The notes: generated by a model from the letters alone, not told the origin. A stretch of 64,000 nt of DNA from Octopus sinensis (GCF_006345805.1 NC_043001.1:5022001-5086000), one strand, 5' to 3'; shown: positions 41,815-56,012, counted from the stretch's first letter. Translations and numbers: made by a program.

Positions 41815-43041
41815 CTGTGTGTGTGTGTATGTGTATATATATATATGTGTGTGGATATATATATATGTATATATATACATACATATATATATATATATAA
41901 GTATATATATACATACATATATATGTATACATATATACACATATAAGTATATATATACATATACATATATATTGCAGAAGAGAGGGTTGTTCTACTGAGC
42001 AGGATGATTATATTAGTTTCAATTCCAATATCCTTCAATCCCTTATGGATCGCTTTTGATGCTGTGCTAGTAGCGCTAATAATCACGGCAATAATATTTG
42101 ACTAATTCACGCACATACATGTATAAGTGTATGTATGTGCCTGAACGTGCATATATATATATACATAGAGGGAGAGAGAGAAAGTGTGTGTGAGAGAGAG
42201 AGGTGCATAAATATGTCTGCATATGTGTACATAAATTTGATGCAGTGAATTTCTGGACCAGAATATAAAAGAATAAATGTTTATGTGTGAAACAAATAAT
42301 TTTAGAACTTCGTACTCATTGTTAAATAAACCTCCATTGTGAAGCAATGTCGTGGGTTTCTTATTCATCATCGAATGGTAAACGCTGTGTGACGCACACA
42401 TTTTATTTAGCTTCATAGTAAACATTCTAAAATAGACATTGGGATACAAATACGATACCAAATATTCTTTATAAATTGTCAATTTTGACATCTTTTAATA
42501 TCATCCATACTCTTTCATATCCGTGAATAACATAAACCAAATTGTGACACCTGTGGCTTTCATTACTGAATATATATAGAACACATTAAATGGTGAAGTC
42601 ACAGCTACTTTGTATTGAATCCAACGTATCACGATATATTTGTGCTAGATTTTCTCTGAGTTAAAAATAATCATAGTTTCTCGAATGTAACATCATCAAT
42701 ACCAAAGGTCGTACAAATAATGACGGAATCAATTTTAATTTTGAACTTGAATACAGCAAATGGTATGAACAACATACGAAACTCTTTTAGATTTAGACAG
42801 CAGAGTATTAACTTGTCAGATTGACAATGTTTTGCTTTGAGCTCATTTCATCCTCTCTACCGTTCTGAAGTTTAGGTGTTTTAAAACCTAAGCACTGGAG
42901 ACTTGAAAGTTGACAGTATATATCTGGAGTATTGTGAAATGTCTTACTGACTGAGAGTCCTCTGTGACACAACAAATTTCTTAACAATTATTTAATTTAC
43001 TGACTTGCAGCAGATTCTATTATAGCCATACATATAATTAA

Positions 43042-43150
<109 letters not shown>

Positions 43151-43609
43151 GTTTCGAAAATGTGTATGCTTGTTTGCATAAACAACAACAAGAACTGTTC
43201 CCATTCTGTCTTCCTTAAACGTGTATAGCCCTCACCAGCCTTCTTTTATACTTCATGAAGTAAAAACATAAACGGCGCATTAACCTTTGTTCTATATCAA
43301 TGGGCTAACCAAGCAGGGACTATGACCGATAACTGAAGCATATATGAGATACAAAGCAATTTACCAAACAAAACATTACATGCTATACACCTTCTTTCCG
43401 AGCACTGTTGTAAACAGCGGAAGGGGAGCTTCAAAGTTAAAATCTAGTGCGCATGCACAATATCGTCCAGGGTCTATCTTGCCAAGTAGCTATAACCAAC
43501 CTGCTTCAGGTTTGTTGTTACCATGATAACAGTCATGATACTTCTCGATCAGATCTCTTACATACACACACACACACACACGCACATATATATATATATA
43601 TATATATAT

Positions 43610-43800
43610 AGGGAGAGTTTACGAAAGAAAAAAAAGACGAAGACAGGTGTTGTACAAAACAAACAGATGTACTATTATAACGCTCAGGAATTGAAAAAAT
43701 CTTTTACGTTTCGAGCCTACGCTCTTCTACAGAAAGGGACACAGAAAAAAACAAGGAGAGAAAAAAATGTGTGTAGTGGCTAACGATCTATCATGGCGAC
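43610..43800 (-). mobile_element. Small PLE-terminus-like element with minimal HHR, next to (TA)n
   Basis: Contains a minimal HHR fold at 43701-43736 and abuts a (TA)n tract at ~43610. Boundaries are approximate. Confidence 0.5.
43701..43736 (-). ncRNA. Minimal type I HHR motif with A6U core change
   Basis: CUUU-CUGUAGA-A-GAGC guag GCUC-GAA-ACGU-A-AAAG: 4-bp stem I, 4-bp stem II, palindromic ACGU helix III, GUA triplet. Confidence 0.6.
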
Positions 43801-44048
43801 TAGTGCCGGACAAAAGAGTCAAACACGAGGAGGAAAGTAGGGGAGATAACAAGGTAAAGGTGACCCCCAACACAAAAGTGCCCCCAACACAAAGGTGCAT
43901 GTGTGTATAAGAGAGTATGTATGTGCGTGTGAAAGAGGGCTGGTGGGGGGAGGCAAGAGTGGGGAAAGCACGGGTGGGGTGTGGGTTCGGATACATATAT
44001 ATATATATGATGTAATATAAATATATACATATATGTATATATATATAA

Positions 44049-44086
<38 letters not shown>

Positions 44087-44269
44087 ATATATACAAATAT
44101 ATATATACAGACAAATGTATATATGTATACATATACATATATATATATATGCTTCTACATATATATATATATATATGCATATACATATGTGCGTGCGTGT
44201 GTATGTTCATGTTTATATAAATATATCTATATGTATATATACACACACGTACACGCACGCACATATATT

Positions 44270-44635
44270 CTTTTACTTATGTCTGTCATTTAAACGTGGC
44301 CTTGCTGGAGCAGCACCTTTAGTCGAACAAATCTACCTGTGGACTTATTCTAGGTAAGCCTACTACTTCGTCTCTCGGTCCCATATGCGGAACCTCTATG
44401 TAAAGAGAGGTAAACACACAAACATCACTTGTCAAATTATGGTGGTGGGGGCAACCCCAGCACATAAATACATACATATATACATACATTGACACACAAA
44501 TGCGACAGGCCTAATTCAGTTTCCATCTACCAAATCCACTCAAAAGTCTTTGGTTGGCCCAAAGATATAGAAGACAGATGTCCTAGCTGCCACACAGTTT
44601 GACTTACCAGAAATCATATGGTCGGGAAGCAATCA
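44270..44635 (-). mobile_element. Diverged SINE family B
   Basis: ggccttgctggagcagcacc...ctaccaaatccactca...agaagacagatgtcc. Confidence 0.75.
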
Positions 44636-46454
44636 TGTAATACATCATATGTATATTTATCATATGATAAATATACATACACCCACACATGTTTAGGCAT
44701 ATATATTCTTATATTAACATACATATGGACATATACACCCAAATGTTACGCCCTCAGTGAAGCATTCAATAACACCGCTTGGTGTGTTGCTTTAAGTGAA
44801 CCACTTTCTATTTAATACATCAGTCAAAATCCCTTCAAATTTAATAAAACTTCATGGTTGATGTCTAGCGTTTGGAAACTTGCCTTTCGTTTGAGTGATC
44901 GTTCTTGAAATGCGTAAGAGTGACATAGAGGAAAACGAGGAACATTCCTTTCTACCTTATATCAGTAGTCATATCAATATCGTGCACTTCATATCAGATT
45001 CTCCCTTCTGCAATCTCCTATCATCTCGCCTAATTCAGCGTTCGTTCCCTTTTCATCTTTCTCTAAGTATGCTTCCATTTCAGCGAAGATATATTTTACA
45101 TTTTCTAGCATTCTTTAATGCGATGTGTCATGGATGATTGGCTTACATATCAAGCAATCCATGCAGCAGTCATATGAAATCGATTCGATGAGACTGAAAG
45201 TGACAAGTGTAAACCTCGTGATCCATAATTTCCAAACAATTCTTCTGATCCGTTTATGTCAGTTGCAGTAATGGATGTTGCATTCCAATTGTTCAGAATA
45301 TATATAAATATTGATTTAATGTACATAATAGATAAATGATTATACAGTGTATCGTCTGAGTTTCTAAGAATGCAGAAATGGCACTTGCAAAATTTCTTTG
45401 TTGGGTCAAGTTCCTTAATGTGACAACTTGAAATCAAAATATAACAATCGAATTTGATATATATGGCATTTAAGACTTTACAATAACTCCCTCTATCTGT
45501 CGTAATAAACATTCCGCCGTTCAATATCATATTTTCGTAATATATATGTTGCGTTTTATTTCATCATTCTTTCAACGGTTTATGGCGAAATAATGATTGT
45601 ATGACATAAAAATATTATTTTCGAAAGTGTAAGGACTGTTGTTATTCAATGACATTTTGAAGCCATTTCAATTTATTTCTCTTACATATAACATTGGAAA
45701 TCAAACACTTGTAACAGAACTAACATTCCTGCCTATAAATAATAACATCACTCTTTTGAATCGCTGACAGCAGTGGCGTAGACTTCATATTTATTATTTT
45801 TTAATATACACCAGAGTTCCTGTTTTTCTGGTGTATCAACTCTATTAAAAGTTGTTACATTTTCCTGGTGAGGAATTCAAAAGTATATTACGCATTCCTT
45901 CCGATGAACCATGTGATATTATTGTGGTCAACCGAATATATTAGTTACAATGTAGGTTGCCAGCATAATGAATTTGAAATATGCAGGTTACAAAAGCCTT
46001 AATGGCATAATCTGAAAATGAATAAATCTGCTAGATTTTGGAACATTTTTTAAACATATTCTATAATGTACAAGAAAAGCGGGACTTGAACTTCTTCTCA
46101 CGTTCAAAAAATTGAGCAACAAACGTATACTTATTTACATGTCTCCAGTATATTTCAAGCACATTCACGTTTAAATTTATATCTATTAAATGCTATATTT
46201 TGAAAAAGACTTTTCACATTCCAGGATATATATTGATGACAAGCTGTCTCATTATATTTAGGTACATCAAACATACAATTATAAACGAATTAATTGCATA
46301 TAACAAGGAATTTTGTGACAAGAAAGAAGAAACTTCGGTTGGAGTTTCTGCAAATGAAAAATTTTTTAAAATATTCATTGCCTGATGGACACAAAAATAA
46401 TAAAAATTCCAGGAATCAGGTTTTTAATCTACGGAAATTATAAGAAATTGAAAC

Positions 46455-46485
<31 letters not shown>

Positions 46486-46497
46486 AATATATATAAA

Positions 46498-46541
<44 letters not shown>

Positions 46542-46747
46542 TATATATAGATAGATAGTTAGATAGATAGAAATGGATATGTATATATGTTGAAATTAGT
46601 TTCAAATAAGCGAGAATATCATGTAATTAAAAGGTACAATGAATCAATAACGGTCTATCGCCATTTCCCAAACTCTTTCTCTTTAAAGCACTCGTACATA
46701 TACATGTGCGCATATGCATACATACGTACACACACACACACACACAT

Positions 46748-46778
<31 letters not shown>

Positions 46779-46787
46779 CACGCATAC

Positions 46788-46886
<99 letters not shown>

Positions 46887-47960
46887 GTATGTATATATAT
46901 ATATATATATATATATTTATAACAATAAGGGTCTTTGCAATAAGTTGCTTGACCACATATATAGATATATATATATATATATGCATGCATGCTATAAAAA
47001 TATAGGGATATTATTGACCACTATAATATCACTGGCTTAGGGATATTTTCTCAAGTTTGACATAACGGTGATACTATTCTTTCTGGCTTTTTCAATTTTC
47101 GATTATTTTCGTCCTTGGTACGGGGTCTTGGGATTGTTAATCACTTTCCTGCTTTCACCTTTGTTTCAGTGAAGAATGTTGGTTTGGATATTTTGACTAC
47201 TATTCCAGCATGTTGGTACAGCTTATAGTACCATTAATTATTAGTATGTATGTGTGTGTGTGTTTGCGTTTATGTGTATGTACGTCTGTGTGTGTGCGCG
47301 CGTGTGTGTCTTGTCACCAAGAAATAATTTGTGACTTATAAAATATATAAGAACTTGTGTATTGAAAAATTATATTCATAAGCATTAATAAATTTTATTA
47401 TCACTCTTACGTTGCTTGTAACCGAATTTCCCACGTTTAAAACAATCGTTCAGAGTCACAATTATTAAACAGAAATAGTATGTTTACTTACAATAAAGTA
47501 AGTTCGACCCACACTGTTTCAAACATCCGAATATATTAAAAAAGATTGACTTTATTTAAATACAAGCAAATTTTCAAGTAGATCGTAAAATAATTTATAT
47601 ATATATTAAACTATATATTAGTATCTTATAGTAATTTATATTAAAATATACTCAGGTATGTTATTGAAAATCAATTAGAAGTTCGAAATAATATCATGGA
47701 AAATATTTTTTTTTATAAATCTGGTATTCCATCAAATATATTTTACTTACATGAATTAATTTTGTTCTTCATTGATATGGCTTTACAACTACATATATAA
47801 ACAAGACTATCCAAACATTTGATAGAATATACATTCGATTCAGAGAAATAGATATTGTTAAAAGGAATTCGCTTTTTTTTATTAAACGCAGAACATGAGA
47901 TAATCTATTGTACACGTTAGATATGAGAATCTGAGACATTTGAAAAAAAATATGCACATG

Positions 47961-48057
<97 letters not shown>

Positions 48058-48101
48058 TATATATATATAAATATATATATATAATATATATTATATATAC
48101 A

Positions 48102-48134
<33 letters not shown>

Positions 48135-48175
48135 GTATACATATGCATATGTATGTATATATATATATATATATA

Positions 48176-48213
<38 letters not shown>

Positions 48214-48274
48214 TATATATATATATATGTATATATTTATAATATATATTATATAAATATATGCAGCTCTCTTA

Positions 48275-48308
<34 letters not shown>

Positions 48309-49481
48309 TTGGCTGTACTTCAGACAAGTTCTGTCCTTAGTACTTAGTTACTAGTGATATATTCATATCAAACATTCTATTCAGTAACAATCTCTATAAC
48401 TATTTGACAGCTTTATAGATAAAGAATTTTTGCGCTTGAACTTAAGTCAAAAGAAAATAAATGATAGATTTTTACATGAAATATATCTTTCCCTTTTGTA
48501 TCCTTTTCAAGAGATATAAATACACAACACTTCTCATACACAAGAACATAAATATACAAAAATTTATGAAAAATAATACCTAAATTTTAATGATTAATTT
48601 TTGATCGATAGACGACCGAGACAGATCTAACTACCCATATATTTACTTTCGTTGGTCTGAGATTGTGTATCTCTGACACAATGAGAACAAATATTTTACT
48701 GCTTTTATTACTATTTTATCGAATTGCTTCTTGTTTGGTCTCTCTACAACTCAAATGCAGTTACTTTCTTTAAAACATTTTATTTTTATATTAATACATT
48801 TTGATAAAATCAGACTATAAAGAATATTAAATGAAATGTTTGAAAAAACTGGATGCTATCAAAATTAAGAAGAGAGTTTGTATAAATGGGTCTCTAGGTT
48901 GAATTCAATGATGTAAAATATATAAAGAGTCGGAAGTCGTTTTGAGTAAACATAAATATCTTCGAGAGATAAAATTATTATCAAATATCTATCGTATTTG
49001 TTATAACCTATATGATAGGGGGATTGACAAAACATAAGCGAATATTTCATATTTTCTTTTCATTTTCAGTAAGTGAAACCAAGAAGATAATGTATTGTTG
49101 TAAAATACAATGTTCTGTATGTTTTCGTGTGTTTGTGTGTGTGTGTGTGTGTGTTTAAGACTTCATGTAAATATATATGTGTGCGTTGTCTGTGTGTGTG
49201 TGTGTGTGTGCGTGTGTGTGTGTGTGTGTGTACGTACATACACATATATGTGGTATGTTCATAAAACCTTTACTTGGCAAATAAAGGCAAATTTATGAAA
49301 ATGTCTTAAGACGGAATATATTCGTACAGAAATACATCCAGCCGCCGCCCCTCCAACCTAGAATGATTACACCTACATATTGCCTGAAACACACAAATAA
49401 TTTATTTACTTGGACAAGCACTCATAAGTGTGTGGGTGCTTAAATTGGTCGACTGTGTGCATGTATGTATATATGAATGTA

Positions 49482-49556
<75 letters not shown>

Positions 49557-49969
49557 ATACAATATATGCATAAACTTCTTAATTATTTTACTGAATATTT
49601 AAAAATGAGCTACTAATTGTTTCATACTTTTGAGGCACAATAGAGTCTGACACTCAAACACACCTGTCAGGTCAAGATTGAAAAAATCAAGGAAGGAAGG
49701 TAATCTGTGCGAAAACAAAAGAACTGCGAGAATGAAGGTGAGTGCAAAATGCTGAAAGGGAAAATCGCAAGACAATAAAATCGTAGATAAATGGAAACGG
49801 GAACAGAAAGAACAGGAGAAGGAATATTGTGTCGTCTTTGTTCGGAATATAATGAATCAATTACTAAGACGTCAGCGACTTTTTTCCGTTTTCGGAAGGA
49901 ATTTGAGATTTCTTTAAAAATCACTATAACGATAGCTTTGATGATGTTATGATGATGATGATGATGATG

Positions 49970-51150
49970 ATATGGCTGTAGGGAGCAACTTCTGGTAAAC
50001 ACATCAAATATGGAGGAGGGTAAGATGAGAAGGATAAACCTGAACATAATTTGGATTGATGTGGATACTGGAATATCTCCACACAAATAGGGAAGTCCCA
50101 CCACTCCTAAACTATATTAAACATGCAATGGTAAACTGGAAAGCTAGCATAGCTTTAAAACATCTCACAATTTATTAAAACTTACACTTTACCAATAAGA
50201 TGAGGAATTTTCCAAGTCGACCCTCTGTCACCCCTGCTTTTCTGCCTTTCTCACACCCCACTAACAAACTTGTTAAACTAAATCGCCATTGTTAAATACT
50301 CTACAAGCAAAAAATAAAGTATCACCTGTACATGCATGACCTAGAAATATATACTAAAAGCACCATGAAATAGATAAACCTTGTCAAATTTGTTCACAGT
50401 TTCAGCAATGACATCGGAATGAGCATAGGATTGAACAAATGTGTAAGAGTCACACTGGGAGAAGGCAAATTATTCAACACTAAAAGCACTGCTCTCAACA
50501 TAGGCGCAGAAATTTGAGAATTCGACCACAATTGCATATAGAAATTCTAGGAATAGAAGAAACAGCTAAAATACAACACACGGAAATGAAAGAGAATATG
50601 AGAATTACAGAAGAATTAGACTAATATGTTGCACTGAACTTAATTCTAAAAAGTAAATAAGGATAAACACACGCAAGCCATACCCGTCATAAATTACACC
50701 TTTAACATAATACACTAGAAGATCAGTGAATTGAGAAGCCTATCTAGAAAAACCAGAAAGCTACTAAAAGCGTGCTTATGTCACTAAATCAAAGTAGATG
50801 CTGGCAGAATATATCTACCCCGCTAAGAAGGAGGCCGTAACCTGATTGAGATAGAAATTCAGTATAAAATACCAATAGTTCGACAAGTAAAGTACTTAGA
50901 AACAAAAAGTGGAGGAGTACAGCATGTAGTAAAGCAGAATGAGGAAAAGAAATCAAGCCTTACAAGCCAATACCCTGTAAAGCTTGATTGAGAGGAAGTG
51001 AACCTAAAAAAAGCCAACAATGGGTCAAAAGCTCTTCACTAAAAGGCAAAACCGAAGGACCAATTATATGAAGTGCAGAATAGACAACACTACCGATAGC
51101 GACAATGTAGAATGTGCGGTCAGAAGAGTGAGACGGTAGGGCACCGGCAA
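49970..51150 (+). mobile_element. Decayed R4/Dong-like (RLE-type) LINE RT and zinc-knuckle fragment
   Basis: YGCREQLLVN..RRINLNIIWID; GIFQ.DPLSPLLFCL; HLYMHDL (HLLYMDD); DIGMSIGLNKC; RIYLPR*EGGR; QCRMCGQKSETVGH. Confidence 0.85.
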
Positions 51151-51360
51151 AAAATCTTTCTAAGAATAAGACCGAACCTAAATCAAACGAAATATTCTGA
51201 TAATGATGATGATGATGATGATGATAATGATGATGATGATGATGATGATGAAACTGACGATGATAATACACAATATATATATATGTTTGTATGTGTCTGC
51301 GTGTGTATGTGTGTGTGTGAATATGTGTGTGGGGTGTTTGTGTGTTTGTGCATATATATA

Positions 51361-51411
<51 letters not shown>

Positions 51412-52427
51412 GTGTGTGTGTGTGTGTTGTGTGTGTGTGTGTGTATTTATGTAGAATCAGAGATGAGACAGAGAGAGAGAAGAGAGAGAGAGAAATATAT
51501 TAATTTTAATTTTTAAGCATTTCTCACATGAAAGCATGTATCATTGATTGAAACATTTTTATCTTATGACTGCTGCAACTTCTATCATATTTTTCAACAT
51601 GGCCGTATGTAAACCACAGAGAAATTCGGAATTTAAGGAACACTGCATGTGACAAGCAGACTGGGCACACTATGTTTTCTGTGACACTTCCCAAAGCATG
51701 ACTCTCATTCTTTCAATAGCTACTTCAGTGCACACACATACATATTTATTTAAAGCTCACAAGTCTTGGACATGCCCCCAGAAAAATGTCATATTCCGCT
51801 GAGAATGCAAGACTTTATCTGGCTGAAGAATGAAGATAGGTGGTGTAGAAAAAAAAAACGTTGAGAATGGAAGAAAAATCTGAGAGTCGCAACATCTGCC
51901 TCTAAAACGTTTCTGATGCTAATGAGCGTTTTGTCATCTGCATGGATGGGTAGCACCGGATAACACTAGTGTAGCAGTGAACGTGGTCACATGAATGACA
52001 GACTTGACGAGGCATCGAATCCAAAATTTGCAAACGAATCACAGCAGCACATTCAGTTCATTAGAGTTTACTCTATGTGTGATCCCTCTGTAACACCCTG
52101 TTTTAAATATAACGTAAGCTATTCTAGGTTCTATTAAAACGGATGCCTTCAAAAATAACAAAACCTATGACATTGTGGGCAAGAGAACCGATGCCAGACA
52201 GTAGAAGATGCACAATAATTTTAGGAATATTAAATATATATCAGCGATTATTCTGCATTTGAATAAACAAATCATTTTAGGTAATTATACACAACTTTTT
52301 CAGGCATCGATAATTATTTTAAATGGAAACACACAATGCAATATAGATCTGCGATGTATATTAACTAATTGATCTCAGTGAAGTGATTGTAGAAGGAAAA
52401 TTAGTCTCTGCATTTTATATATATGTA

Positions 52428-52466
<39 letters not shown>

Positions 52467-52480
52467 TATATATATATTAT

Positions 52481-52525
<45 letters not shown>

Positions 52526-53149
52526 CTGTCTGTCTGCTTCAGTTTCTCTCTCTATTGATATATATACGTGTGTGTATATATATACATATATGTATGTTTG
52601 TATATATATATATACCACACACACTTTCATATATACATACACATACATATATAAATATTATATATATATATATATATATATATGTTTGTACATATACTTA
52701 GTAGAAACATCCTGGGGTTTATTTTAGACCATATTCGTATTTGTTCATATTTGTATATTCACTTTGTTTCGTACACAATGTTTTGTTTGTGAAAATAAAA
52801 TAATGCACTTAAACAACCGAAATGTTGGAAATTATTAGAAAGAATAAAGAAAGAAAGAAACAAAGCATTTCTGCATGAATATTTGAACATATTTCTTTTT
52901 TCACTTCCTTAGATAGAAACTATTCTGCAGATGAGCCTCTTGCTATTAATTCTAAATCTGTGAAATTAAAGTTGATGTTTGTACTCTGAAATCCCTCTTA
53001 GATATTTATTCGAGATACTTTCTGAATTCTATAAATCCGGAAAACGAAATGCGTTGCGCCACCTTCACGAAACACAACTAGAAATTATGTTAATTACAAA
53101 CAAATGTAAAAGAAAATGAATAACTATTAACACTTTAGTTTGGCTGCTC

Positions 53150-53410
53150 TAAGCGCTAGATTTGCTGTGTTGTTAAGAAGTTCGCTTTGCAACTAAATGG
53201 TTTTGGTTTCAGTCTAACTGTGCAGCACTTCCGGTAAATTTGTCTTTGTATTTCTAATATAGCTTGAGAACTGGTATTATATTTTTAACTTAGACATTTA
53301 TTGAATGAAAACGATAGAAAAATCTGGTATTGGGGGTCGATTTATTTGGCTAAACCCATCCACGTGTGACCCAACCTTCACTGCTATCCAATGACTAAAA
53401 GAAAGAAATA
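53150..53410 (+). mobile_element. Old, diverged SINE family B-like copy
   Basis: tRNA-like head (gtgttgttaagaagttcgct...ggtttcagtc) and tail (ggggtcgatttatttggctaaa...atgactaaaagaaag). Confidence 0.55.
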
Positions 53411-53779
53411 TTTAGAATAAATATAATAAAGGACATATGAGACATATATCACACGATATCGAATAATATCCAGTCAGCTTCTTGTGTAAGTTATATAATA
53501 TATTCCTTATATTAAAGCTTCAAACCAATGTATACCGTTGCTTGTTTCACTCTGTAGCCACATCTCTAATATTATTCAATTGCATAGAGAACATGCATTA
53601 TTTAAACTTTACTTCAGTACAAAACGTATCTGTTATATTTTATAAATTATATAACTGTCTCTTTGACGAAAAATCATTACTGCTTAAACGAAGTGGAGTC
53701 TTGGCCACCACGTTTCGTTTAAAAAAAAGAAATGAATACAGTCGTATCCAGTGTAGTTATTCGGCGAAATATATAGCAC

Positions 53780-53838
<59 letters not shown>

Positions 53839-53840
53839 CC

Positions 53841-54254
53841 CTTTACTCTCTCTTTTACTTGTTTCAGTCATTTGACTGCGGCCATGCTGGAGCACCGCCT
53901 TTAGTCGAGCAAATAGACCCCGGAACTTATTCTTTGTAAGCCCAGTACTTATTCTATCGGTCACTTTTTGCCAAACCGCTAAGTGAAGGGGACGTAAACA
54001 CACCAGCATCGGTTGTCAAGCGATGGTGGGGGGACAAACACAGACACACAAATATATATACACACATACATATATATATACACATATACGACAGGCTTCT
54101 TTCAGTTTCCGTCTACCAAATCCACTCACAAGGCATTGGTCAGCCCGATGCTATAGCAGAAGACACTTGCCCAAGATGCCACGCAGTGGAACTGAACCCG
54201 GAACCATGTGGTTGGGAAGCAAGCTACTTACCACAGAGCCACTCCTGCGCCTAT
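53841..54254 (-). mobile_element. SINE family B, full length
   Basis: Minus head ataggcgcaggagtggctctgtggtaagtagcttgcttcccaaccacatggttccgggttcagttcc (A/B-box-like). Confidence 0.9.
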
Positions 54255-54261
54255 ATATATT

Positions 54262-54292
<31 letters not shown>

Positions 54293-54374
54293 CAGTCTTT
54301 CACAAAACATTTCTACATTGTGTTCGATGCACAAAGATTTCAAAGGTGATTTTGTTTCCTCGAGATTAAAGTGG

Positions 54375-54690
54375 TACTACATCGGTTACGGCGATGAGTT
54401 TTCTAGTTGATATGATCAACGGAACAGCCTGCTCATGATACTTACGTTCATGTGGTTCAACACTGTACTGACACGCGTAACTTTAACGTAGTTGTCACAG
54501 AGATTCCTTGTGATACGGAATGTGACAAAGCTGGCTCTTTGAATTAAGATGCTGCTCATGTTTGCCAGTTAAGAGAAGTAGAGTAACGGGAAATGAAATA
54601 TTCTGCCCAAGGACAGAAACGCGAGATAGGGAATCGAACTCACGACCTCACGATCATCAGCTGAATAGCGAAGCACTCAGCCACGAGTAT
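54375..54690 (-). mobile_element. Third tRNA-derived SINE family
   Basis: Minus head ...gatcgtgaggtcgtgagttcgattccc (B-box GTTCGATTCC) followed by a non-tRNA body. Confidence 0.6.
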
Positions 54691-55441
54691 AGACACGATG
54701 AGGAATAAACCTCAAGAGAAACTTTGAGTCATAAATTCATAACAACAACAACAACAACAAAATTCCGAAATAATTTTGCCTCTCTCTCAATACGTACGTA
54801 TATCGCAGATGCAGACTCGCAGCTCAGTGTCCAACTTAATATTCTACCCTCATTATTCCTCAGCAAACGAATGACGTTGTCTTGTTGAATGTGTATACAA
54901 TCTGAGTTTACCTTCCAGCATCCCTTCATAATTTGTACTGCGTACTTATACGAAGCAACATTCCATTATCGTTACTGAACGAGACAGATCTAGACTCATA
55001 GACTCAACGTCCGTCTCATATTTTGCACTTACCTAGAGGTTGCTTATAAGAATTAGGTAATTAGGTACACTCTTAGGCAGGCCAGAATTTTCTCACTACA
55101 TTTGATAGACATTAGCGTAGTAAAGATGTGTTATGGAGAGGACGAGTTTCTGTAGAAAATGCCACTGCATTTTTTTACCCTTCCCAAACGATTTATTTGC
55201 ACGTGTCATTTCTTCTACCCGCACTCTCATTCCTTTTTCCATAAAGCTGTTTCTTTTCACATTGATTAAGGGCGTCCTCAGAATACTCAAAGTATAAGCT
55301 CTGTGCGATTTTGTTCTAAGTCCTCTTGTAACCTATTCATCATGCAGTTAAATACTTCCTCTCCTCACACGTGGCCCATTTAATATTCTATTATATATCT
55401 CTCTTTCTCTCTTCCTCGCTCTTCCTCCTTCTCCCTCTTTC

Positions 55442-55487
55442 TGTCAGTGAACAGGTTGCGGTCTCAAAACGACGAAATATCTTGGCA
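55442..55487 (+). ncRNA. Candidate HHR with G3-C8 swapped core pair
   Basis: UGUCA-GUGAACA-G-GUUG(loop)CGAC-GAA-AUAUCU-UGGCA: stem I 5 bp, stem II 4 bp, core GUGAACA instead of CUGANGA. Confidence 0.45.
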
Positions 55488-55489
55488 AA

Positions 55490-55750
55490 TTGAATTTACA
55501 TTATTTATATTATTTACATTCGATGGATATTTGTCCTCATCTTGATTGTTGATGACATAGCGTTTCCGCTGATATACCTTCCAACATTCATCCGGTGTCT
55601 TGGGGAAACTTCGAACCTGAGTTCTCATTCCTAAGGTATTTTTCGATAATATCATTAGTAGTATTATTAGTAGTATTATTCTGGTTACTGCCTGGAATCG
55701 AACTCGGAATCTTGAGGTTAGTAGCCGCGCTCTTAACCACTACGCCATAT
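55490..55750 (-). mobile_element. tRNA-headed SINE with internal HHR relic and PLE-like 3' end
   Basis: Minus head tggcgtagtggttaagagc (A box)...gagttcgattcc (B box), then a (TAA/TAC) tract, then GACAC-CGGAUGA-A-UGUUG..CAGCG-GAA-ACGCU-AUGUC at 55554-55599. Confidence 0.75.
55684..55750 (-). promoter_or_regulatory. Internal RNA Pol III type 2 promoter (A and B boxes) of SINE head
   Basis: TGGCGTAGTGG matches the A-box consensus and GAGTTCGATTCC matches the B-box consensus, at tRNA-like spacing. Confidence 0.7.
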
Positions 55751-55969
55751 AGCTAGGTTATATCGAATCAGTGCAAGTGTATTTAACATCACCAAGAACA
55801 CTCGCCTGAAATCAGTCTAACTTTTCCCCTTCAGGATTCTTTACGTAGAAATAATAAGATTGTTATATATAGTAACACTGCTTTAACCACGGCAAATATT
55901 CTTGTTACTGCTGCTGCTGCCCTCCCTCCTCCTCCTCCTGACCCCCTCCCCTCTCCTCTTCCTCCTGCT

Positions 55970-56012
55970 ACTATAACTACTACTACTACTACTACTACTA
56001 ATAATAATAATG

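Noticed and set aside
55245-55290. Minus-strand CUGAGGA...GAAA
   Set aside because: Stem I and stem II pairings fail.
55684-55750. tRNA gene call for SINE heads (also ~12840, ~54650, ~54200)
   Set aside because: The cloverleaf is incomplete (no acceptor stem, mismatched anticodon stem) and each is fused to a repeat body, so they are SINE heads.
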